Shown in pieces: positions 54,701 to 64,000 of a stretch of 64,000 bases of DNA. How positions within the stretch are numbered: the stretch's first letter is position 1; every line of letters begins with the position of its first letter. A program made the position numbers and the translations under genes. The notes under the pieces were generated by a model. That model worked only from the letters and a program-made list of their open reading frames with translations, was not told the origin of the DNA and made no database searches. Origin of the DNA: Tubiluchus corallicola (taxonomy: Eukaryota; Animalia; Priapulida); contig JAQGDQ010000184.1 of the NCBI GenBank assembly GCA_030141605.1, forward strand, positions 310,001-374,000, given 5' to 3'.

Positions 54701-57700
54701 ACTCGCTCAATGTGACTTATTTTTTATACAGTGTGGCATACTGCAAGCCATACTAAACACTGAAAGGCAGGGCCTGTTTAACACGTATGATTTTGGCAAA
54801 ACAAAAACCTACTCACCGTCAATGACAATTCTCTATCGTGAGGCACTGCACCGGCAGAGGTGGTTTTGCCACGTTCGAATATGTACATAAAACGAATGGC
54901 GCCATGTTTAGCTATTCTATTCCATTCGTGTAATCTTACTTACTGCAGGACTTTTGGATATAAACACAAATTTCTCTTTGAGATAAATAGCCACAATTAG
55001 TATGGCTAAAACTGTGTTCACTGGGGTATTTTCATCGCCTGCATTAGTCACAGGTCACACGAACCTCGCGGATGAGCTGTGCCATTACTAGTAATAAATG
55101 TTTGTCGAAAAATTTCTGAATGAGTTAAGTTCTTGAAACGCAAAGCTTGTTCTGTCTAAAATGATTTAATGTAGCATTTTCTCATTAACATTCTCGCTCT
55201 TATTTAACCTAATGTTTGTGCATAACCTTCTCATTTATATGTCACCCTTGTAGATTTTTTCGTTGCTTTTTTTGTTGCAATTACATTGTTTAACTTGTTT
55301 GTCGCCTTCCACAGTTGCTTAACTTACTATTTGTTTTTACTCTCTCGTTTAACATCACAAGTCTTGTAAATCGTTTGTCTTCCTCTATTGAGTTAAATGG
55401 TTAAGTTATTCAAATTGGTTATGCGTGGTAGGACAACGTTGAGACAGTGCTGAATTCACTAATTGTTCTTAGATAATCACCAAAACTACTAAAATTATAT
55501 AGGGAAATTTGAGCTGTCGCTTCTTCTACAATATTGGTTTTTTTTCATAACCAACCTTAAAGTTAACTAACACCACAAAACAGAAATATTCTATAAATGA
55601 AATAAATAGCACTCTTGGTTGCGCGCACCCTCGTATTTATGTTATTCAGTCTAATATTTCCACGGAAAATGATTCTACTGATCTTTTTAACCATCTACTT
55701 ATTTTCCGCAATATTTTACAAAAGCCACCAAAAATTCCCTATTAGCCGGGATACCGCATATCGTAAATAAGTTTGCTTTGTGAACTTCTTAGCAAGACCA
55801 ATAGTTCATGATTAAATTTTCCTCAAGAATGGTGCTGTGGAGATGGCATTGATGAAGATGATGATGCTGATGATTCCTGATGATCAATCATGACAAGAAC
55901 AAATACGTCTAGTCTTTTGTCTGCATGTTAACTGGATATTAGATGATAGTTAATACTCGCTTCTTTCAGTCAATAAGGGACTTGATGTAAAACGACTAGT
56001 AAACATTTGACGTGAGCTGTAATTTCATTGGTGATTTCGCTCATAATACAAACGTTGTTTCGCTGTCAGCTTCAGACCCAGTCATTAAAAGTGTAGTTAG
56101 GCGCAGCTTAATTGTTAATCTGAGCCTATAGCCAGACCAGGTAATTGTTATGCAGTTATTAGCGGAGAATGGAGTGAAGGAAAATAATTACCTTTAGGTT
56201 TGCCAATTCACCCGCCAGATGAGCCTTTTGTCGTACTCTAAGAGCAGCAGTAATCATTAAGGAATATGAGAGAAAGGCAGATAAAGGCAAAGGTGAAACC
56301 TAAGGTTGGGGAATGAGTGGTTTCATTCTAATCAAGATTTAATAGTTACACCTGATTTATAAAATCCTGGGTTGAATAGAGTTTATTGTGTTCAGCAAGC
56401 CGCCCATTTATTACTTAATATTTATTTTACTTTTTAACGTAATTTACTGGTTTATATCAGGCAACTAAGTTACCTGATACATAGACCCCCCCCCCCCCCC
56501 ACTTAACACGTAAGTGACATGCGATTTACATGTAAACTACTTAGATTTTTGTATAGTACCGTTTCTCAACGAAAAAAATTTTTGTATTAAATTTAAGAAC
56601 ACTTTCTACGAATTATAAAATTTCTTCACACACAGAAAGATTAGCTTTTAATCCTGTACATGACTTTAAACAAGCGATTATTTATACTGCATAACATTTC
56701 ACTTCAATACTGCAGAAAAACACTGCTTAATAGTAATGGCGCTATTTGCACTATCTTCATTGCCATTGATAACAAACAAATACTGTCTATTTGAAGTTTT
56801 AAACAAGCTAACTCTTGTTTACACTATCTGGTATATTTAAGATAATTGTAGCCTTCATGGGATTAATTAATTTCATAATTCGTAATACGATTTACAAGTA
56901 TTTCTTTGAGTTTTTAAAGTTATATTTAAATTTTTAGATTTAAATTTAAAAATACCGCTTGACGTATAATTGCAGCATAATTGGCATTATCTCGAAACAC
57001 GATGACTTTGTGTAAGGAAATTTTCTTAAATGGAATGCGTGTATTGCGTTCTTTGTTTTTAGAGGTAGCCAATAAAACTTAGCCAAACGTGCATGAATCT
57101 TGTGTATGTTCGCATTTCTCATGCGTTTTAAATAAAACATGTACTTAATTGATAAACATTTATGTTGTTCTTAATAATTCGGACTTGTCTGATCATACCG
57201 CGGTTCCGAGTTTACCAGGAAACTGCCGCCGTCGAACTCAGCAGGGGAACCAGAAATGTTGGCAATTATTTGCGTTCTTGCAAGATTTAGCTTCCCGGCT
57301 TACCTTTAATACGGGAAGCCAACCTGTAGAAAAGAGACGAACCCAGAGTTGGAAAGGTCTTTCCTCGGTCTGTGAGCTTCAGGTTTTGATATCTCATCAA
57401 CTCCAGAGCAGTTTCTTCTTCCTGTTATGTAGTCGTTGCAAGTATGGAACGCACTAATGTGGCTATCCAAAACTAATACAAGGTAAGACTAAACTATATT
57501 TATTATGAAGACAAAATTCATATTGAATATCACTATGATAAGACAGGCAGAATGGCTACTTATTAATCGGTTTCACGTCACCATTGTCTTGTGTGATTTT
57601 CATAATATAAGCGATAGAATGCCACGTTCTTCGGAATATATCAAGCCTTTCAGATTGATTAGTAGTTAGAAAAAGAGCAGAATTTTACAGTCAGACTTGA

Positions 57701-57890
57701 AATTTCATATGTTCTTTGTCATATGCGATATTTCGAAACACTCTTCAAGCAGTGTCGATTGACTGCACTTTTACAGGATTAAACATTAGAGTAAACACAC
57801 TCATAGTGCTCATTTTCTGAGAAAGTTCCTTGCCTTCAGCATTTTGTCCTATTATTTTTTCGTATCTTTTTTACTGCGTACATATTCGTG

Positions 57891-58759
57891 GGCGCCCGGT
57901 AAAAATGACGCAGGTAAAAATCACACAGAAAAAATGGCACGGTAAAAATGGTACAGGAAAAAAATGGCACAGGAAAAAAATAACAAAAATGGAAAAGTAG
58001 TATCCAAAAATGACAGGAAAAAATGCCACAATGGAAGCAGGAATCAATAATCAATAATTCACGAAGCTTGCACATAGTGTTTATAGCTTTAGTAAACCAT
58101 TAATTTTAGCTATGGTAATTGTTTACATACCAAGTCAGCTTATAAGGCCATACACATTAATAAGCAAAGGTCATTAGAAAGACAGTGTTACAAGTTTTCC
58201 AAGCGAGAATTTGTTCCTGGAAGTAACTCATTTGTCTTGATGGAGATAATCTTTTTTTAACTAAGTACTAAACACTCCTTTTATGACCTCCACGAAGTGC
58301 TTCACATATGTTTTTCGTGTGTTGTCCGGTCAAACTTTGCGAAGAAATGCCTATTTGGCACCCTACACGGCCTTCTCCACAAAGCTTCGTGGAAATCTCT
58401 TTATACGTAGCACGTCTACTACTATAACAGTCAATAAACAAATAAACAAACTGCGTTGAAACATAACTTTCTTGACAGAGGTAAAAATAACCAAATAATT
58501 ATCTCCCACAGTGACCCTAACCCTAAGCTCATATTTTACTAAGTGTGCCATTTTTCCTGTGCCATTTTTACCTATTTTTCCATTTGTGCAATTTTTTCCT
58601 GTACTATTTTTGCCGTGCCATTGTTTGCGCCATTTTTACGTACTTATTCACTTGTGTCGTTTTTCCTGTGACATTTTTTCTTGTGCTATTTTTACCTGTG
58701 CTACTTTTACCTAGTTTTCCATTTGTGCCATTTTTTCTGTGCAATTTTTACCTACATTC
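57891..58759. mobile_element. 869 bp Mutator (MULE)-like MITE with tandem-repeat inverted arms
   Basis: Exact 9 bp direct repeat atattcgtg at 57882-57890 and 58760-58768. G...C termini, each 7 nt from a ggtaaaaat motif. The arms are tandem ~15 bp AGG(T/A)AAAAATGGCAC units (57898-58030), with inverted units at 58545-58753. Confidence 0.85.
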
Positions 58760-59010
58760 ATATTCGTGGCATTACGCGATTTCCTTACCTGATTACAAGC
58801 GTTTTCTGGGGAAAGTAAGTTCGCAAACCTCTGTACAGAATCTTGCGTTCTTTCTAACCATTTAATTTGAGTTTTTTAACCATTGATTTTTCTCACTGTT
58901 GTTATTACCAGATTAATTAACAAATGGCTTTGCAATTCATTTGTGATACCATTTTGTTCATTCATGTTGATATAGTTGTCATTTTGTGTATGTACATGTT
59001 GTTTAATGTT

Positions 59011-59310
59011 GCTTAATTCCTTCCATGCAAGGAGGCGCATAAGGCCGTGACATTCCTTCACGAAACCCATCTGTCCATTGCCGCTGCTTTGACCTCGTCC
59101 AAGCTCCTCCACCCTGCGTAACTCCTCTCAGCCTCCACTGTCCTTTTCCTTGTTATTTTTGGTCTATCTCTCGACCTTCTTTCTTCCGATGTCCATTCCA
59201 TCGCTGTCTCACAGTCATTCTCGCCTTCCCTTCGTAGAACATATCCATTCCAATTCCATCTCCTCGTTCTAAGTTCATCGCTCACTGCATTCATTTGTGC
59301 TCTGTATAAT
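59011..59310 (-). mobile_element. RTE (BovB-like) LINE 3' fragment
   Basis: ELRTRRWNWNGYVLRREGENDCETAMEWTSEERRSRDRPKITRKRTVEAE...W...AAAMDR followed by VTALCAS; matches the RTE C-terminal pattern RRWxWxGHxLR...W.P.G.R.RGRP..TW. Confidence 0.85.
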
Positions 59311-60524
59311 TAGTAATATTATGTAAATTACTAACTATGGCCTACGATCATAGATATCTTTATCATAGATAGCTTATCAACTTATCATACATATCTTACA
59401 AAACAAATATTCGTTCCGTAATGCCCTTAGATTTATTTTCTAATGCGAACGCCCAGTCTTCTGCAGTCTATTAAAGCAATGATAAATCACATAGGGGCAG
59501 CTGACTTTATAACCCTTGGTCTTTCACCACAGTATGGACGGATCGCAGGTTTTTGACGGCCAAATTAAACTTGCGTTAGGTTTGTAATGGGAAAGTTGTG
59601 TAATGCAAGAAATAAATCCAATTGTAACTATCAGCCGCATTATCGCTCTCGATCCTCTTCTTCACGAGCGTCAAATCAAACAGCCAACCAGGGCAGTTCT
59701 TCGCTAGTGTTAAACTACTTGTGTCGTGTTAACGGATTTATAAGCTAAGCCACTGCATGGGAGACCAACAACAATGGCGAGCTTGAGAAGCATGTGAGCT
59801 AAGTGAATGGTATGTGCTATCAGGATAAACCTGATAAATCATATAGACAAAGAGACCTAAGGGATCGGTTGACTAAAGATCCAATCGGCTGAGAGACAAC
59901 AATTATTTAAATTTCCAGTAAAATGAACAGTTTGTGAGGTGCCGTGAGTTTAATAATTAATAGAACTCCAAACGAAAAGTAGCAAATAAGATATCCTATT
60001 TGACAAGAACGGAACGTTTTTACATACTAGATTTTTTATTTGTTAAAAGTTTTGGCATCTATCAAACGTTCAGTTACAGACATTTTCTGTCAAGACAGCA
60101 TAAAAGCGGTAGGACTGGGAATTAGCATCTATATGAATCTTGCAAAACTGCAATAAAACAACTTTAATAAACGTAATTCAACTGCAGCTGCTTTGTGAAC
60201 ACCTTTACTGTTTCTTTACTGTTTGTATAATAGTAATAAAAGCGTTTTATAAAATTTCCATGGCTTTGAAATTTATTTCATTGCTAAAGCAGTATACATA
60301 AAAGAAAATGAACTTCATACGGTGTGTTTCAGAAGAAACAGTGCAGTAGAAATAATAATTATGCGACTCCAATGATTGTATTGGCCTATACAAAAGCAGG
60401 TTGTATGATAGTAAAATTGGAATTATACAAATATACAAATATACATTGGTAGGGTAGTTAACATCATTATGATGTCATAATGCAAAAGCGCAGATTCGTT
60501 TTGGACAAAATAACAAATATTATT

Positions 60525-60747
60525 CAGCGTGCAGGTACTTCGACCACAGACATTTAGCCATAGGATGCTTTGCCGCATAGCTTTTGGACACATAGGTCAT
60601 TTAGACACACAGGTAATTTGAACACAGGCTCCTTTGGACACTTAGGCACTTTAGACACACAACACCTGTACACGCAGATCATTTGGACACAAATTGGTCG
60701 AAACAGCGTGTGATCTAAAACCCCTGTGTTCAAAACCCCTGTAACCG
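60525..60747. mobile_element. Small MITE-like element with 15-18 bp tandem subrepeats
   Basis: About 7-8 units of aggtcatttggacacac-like sequence at 60530-60690, then inverted units (gtgttcaaaacccct) ending cctgtaaccg. No clear TSD. Confidence 0.6.
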
Positions 60748-61199
60748 CAATTCAAAGCTATAAAACCGATGAACTTTGGCTTGCAAGTTCTACGCGCACA
60801 CTTACATCTGAGTGGTATAGTGGTATTTTCTCTTAGGCAAAAAGTAATAGGTAAGCAACAAATTCAATAAAAGAAATATTAATTAGAATGGACAAATGCA
60901 TGGTCTCAAGTTGTTAATAATTAAACTCAATTCTGACCATGACACAACAATTTCAAGGCAAAATCCAGCAGCTACACTTTTATGGTCGATGTCTTTCAAT
61001 CCGCTTTTGTAACGTTAAGCTTTCAGCTTTTTTACGATCAAAAAATTTATTTTATTATGCAAATTTTAACATGGCGTACTAACAGCTTTTATTACGACGT
61101 AAACTTTGTTAATATAAAATGATAATAGTCATTCAGATACAGCAGAAACTAACGTTACTTAGTAGTATAACTGCGAGTTTTCTTTCACAGGCAGCTTTT

Positions 61200-61370
61200 T
61201 TACTCCTCTCCTCTTCTCTTCTCTCCGCCCTTCACCTCTCTTCTCTTCCTTTCCGTTTCTTTCCTCCCTTCCTGTCCCTCTTTTTCTCTATTTTTCTTCG
61301 TCTTCAGTTCTACCTTTTCCCTCTTATCTTTTTTCTTATTTTCTTACTTTGTTTTCTATCTTGTTTATAA
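61200..61370. repeat. Polypyrimidine low-complexity tract
   Basis: Direct read. Confidence 0.8.
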
Positions 61371-63659
61371 AGTTGTTAATTATCTTGTTAGGTTACTTGC
61401 GTGTTCTCTTACTTCTTTTACAATAGTAGCAACATCGTTTCCTGTTGCTTTTGCACCGCTGAGGCAATTATGTCTTTGTCAATACTAATAATGGGAATCG
61501 CCGAAGAAACTTTCGCAAACCTTGGTTTGAACATTTCAAAAGGACGCTCGGTAGAAGACTTTTATTGAATGTGGCTTTTTGGCTTTTGCTTTTTCAATGC
61601 TTACTCGAATCACAGCAACCGCATATTGTACATTCGATGCACAACCGTATAATTGCGTTACAAAAAGTGAAACAGTTATTATTGGATATTTTCTCATTTA
61701 ACGACGATGTACTGTTTTAACGCCTCAAATTAGCTTAAAATATTGTAGATAGAATAAAAAATGGCTTCGACCAAAGTAAAGAAAAAATCGTCGTTAAAAT
61801 GAAACATCGTTACTCTGTTCTAAAAACGCACTAGTCACGAAACACAGTACAATTATTACATGTGTATTAAGAAAAGTTCTTATTTTCTGGTTGGTTAAAG
61901 TGCAAGATATCATTTTCTAGTATAACAGTGATATATATAATGAGATTCCTATTGCATGATTTTTGTAAACAGTGGTATAAGAGCTCAAAACATGTCTGAC
62001 TTTGGCTTGAAATTTCCGTACAGGTGATCAGTTAGTTATTACAATACACTGTATTAAGGCCAAGATTATTACTAATGATGTTATAAAAGTCGTACTTAAC
62101 TAAATTTTAATACCAAAAAGAGAAAATTAGAATTACACACAGTTTCGCAAACATAACGTACCAAACATGCAGATACAGGACGAAATTACAGGATATTAGA
62201 TAGAATTGCTAAAACAACTAAACAGGACTTTTTGTATTATTAACACAAAATCAATTCTTAGTAACGAAAGTTGGTATAACCTATCAAAACCTTACAATAA
62301 AAAGATTACGTGCCATCTTCATATAAAAGAAAAAAGAAGGCGCATCAAAATTACAAAATACAAACTGGCTTTTTTTGTAATCTACAGCACTCTCTGCAAT
62401 TTAACCTAACGACTAATTAACGGAATAAGCAAACTGAAAAACGAAAAGACAAAAACCGCAGCAATATGCACACGGTGTTGCAGAGTAGCACAAATTACTC
62501 ATAATTAATTAATATTTGGTGAGTTTTGTGTGCTTTTTCCTTTCACTTGAGGACAATATGCAGTTATCTAGTGTTACTTCGCGGTTTTTTAAATTTCTTT
62601 CTTATAGTTTTTATAAATTTTGCATTAATTTTGTTTTTGAAATGCTTTAACAGCCAGCATCCACGTAACCAAAGACGTAGCATTTATTCCAATACAATTC
62701 TCTAATTAAAGCCTGCGGATGGTAATAAAAGAAACTTTAACACCAAATAGGAACAACACTTTAAACAAGCACCTATAAGGACCAGTTCAAAGGTTTCTCT
62801 TATAATCAGCCAAAGGTATTAGTTAAAGATGAATTGTGTTGAAACAGCATAATTTCATTTTTCCTGTTTTTTGGCGTTTCACTGCATGATTTGCAAGTTT
62901 ACAATTTAGTATTGGTTGCTTTTCTCACTCTGAAATTTTTTCAGTTTTATACACTATATTTTTATTAGATGGATCAGTTGCGTGATCATGACCATGTTAT
63001 GGTCGGAGCATTGCAGATGTTTGTGTTAGAATAACAGCCATGTTTTTGTTTAAGTAAGTCCTGGCTGTGTTCTTATTCAAGAATTGCTTTTCCCCATCAC
63101 CAGTCAGTTTTTTCAATTATTATTTTACAAAAATACATTCAAGATTTGATGCATGCTCAATACTGCAGTTCCAAAAGCGAGTAGAAAATGAATAATAGTT
63201 TAGATCTTGAAACTTTAATAATAGTTTCTGAGTCTTGCAAAATTCTCTTTTCCTTCTGTTTAACATTTGTCAGAATAAGACTGACTCTGAATTAGAAATG
63301 TTTGGTGGAAAGCCAAAATACAGCACAACAGTGTTTGGCAAGAAAATTAATGTAAATAAATCATGCAAATATTAATATTATCCTGTAAACAAATCTGAGT
63401 ATCTCAGCTGTTTAAACATTAGCAGCAGTTTATACAGCAATTACGCGCGTACGTGAACGTGATTTCGGGGACATACGCTGAGTAGTGGTTTAGTTCAGTA
63501 GAAAGCTCTCGGAAGGAGTGACTTGTTAATTTGGTTTCTCAATGTTAAGCATCGGTGGCTCTGACTGGTAGTGGTGGTGGTTGTTGTTGTGACAACGGGT
63601 GATTCCACAAAAAAATAACTTGTAGTAGCAAAGCTGCTGAGTCCGTATAACGATTATTA

Positions 63660-63710
63660 TTGCGCGTTCAGACTAGAGAGTTTTCTCTGTTGAGGAGAGA
63701 TCTCTACTGA
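63660..63710 (+). mobile_element. Partial copy of the 24677-24780 Harbinger-like MITE
   Basis: gcgcgttcagactagagagttttc at 63662-63685 is the consensus of the two TIRs at 24677 and 24780; the right end is missing. Confidence 0.65.
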
Positions 63711-64000
63711 GGAGACATTAGAAGCAATAGTAGCTACAATTTTTATTTGGAATCAGTCTTCGTGACTATTACTCTGGAAGGAAGCACGCGTAGTAAAAAC
63801 CAGAATTGCATTATTTTTTGTTATACAGCAATCAGCGGCGGCTACTATATTTATATCTTATCAAGGATTTTATTGGTCGTAACCGAACCAGAGCTTAACA
63901 AATTATCAAATATACTAATTACACTCTAAGACGAAACACTGAATTAGCACTGGCCTCTGTCGGATAAAATGTTATATCTTCAACAGTTGCCAGATTGTCC

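Noticed and set aside
58513-58526. Interstitial telomere
   Set aside because: Only two CCCTAA units, internal to a MITE.
57836-58865. Phe/Cys-rich ORFs and a possible CRISPR-like repeat pattern (also 60530-60700)
   Set aside because: The units are contiguous 15-18 bp tandem repeats without unique spacers; there are no cas genes and the context is eukaryotic. Explained as MITE arms.

Overview
AT-rich, repeat-rich, gene-poor animal (probably invertebrate) nuclear DNA; nothing here looks prokaryotic. The only confidently identifiable gene is a single-exon mitochondrial-clan cytochrome P450 (CYP27/CYP24-like, minus strand, ATG 21758 to stop 20211, 515 aa). The rest is intergenic or intronic-type sequence containing truncated non-LTR retrotransposons of several types (two copies of one RTE-X-like RT family, an RTE/BovB-like 3' end, an L2-like 3' end, a CCHC zinc-knuckle 3' end), a tRNA-derived SINE-like head, and many non-autonomous DNA transposons recognisable by terminal inverted repeats (TIRs) and target-site duplications (TSDs): Mutator-like, hAT-like, PIF/Harbinger-like, Kolobok-like and a 1.55 kb foldback element. 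There are also many simple and compound microsatellites, which account for most of the long ORFs in the supplied track. I found no convincing multi-gene novel system. The best leads are the intronless P450, the foldback element, a LINE sitting inside a (CT)n tract, and a five-block microsatellite grown from a LINE tail. All alignments and family assignments were made by eye and from memory of family motifs; no searches were run.
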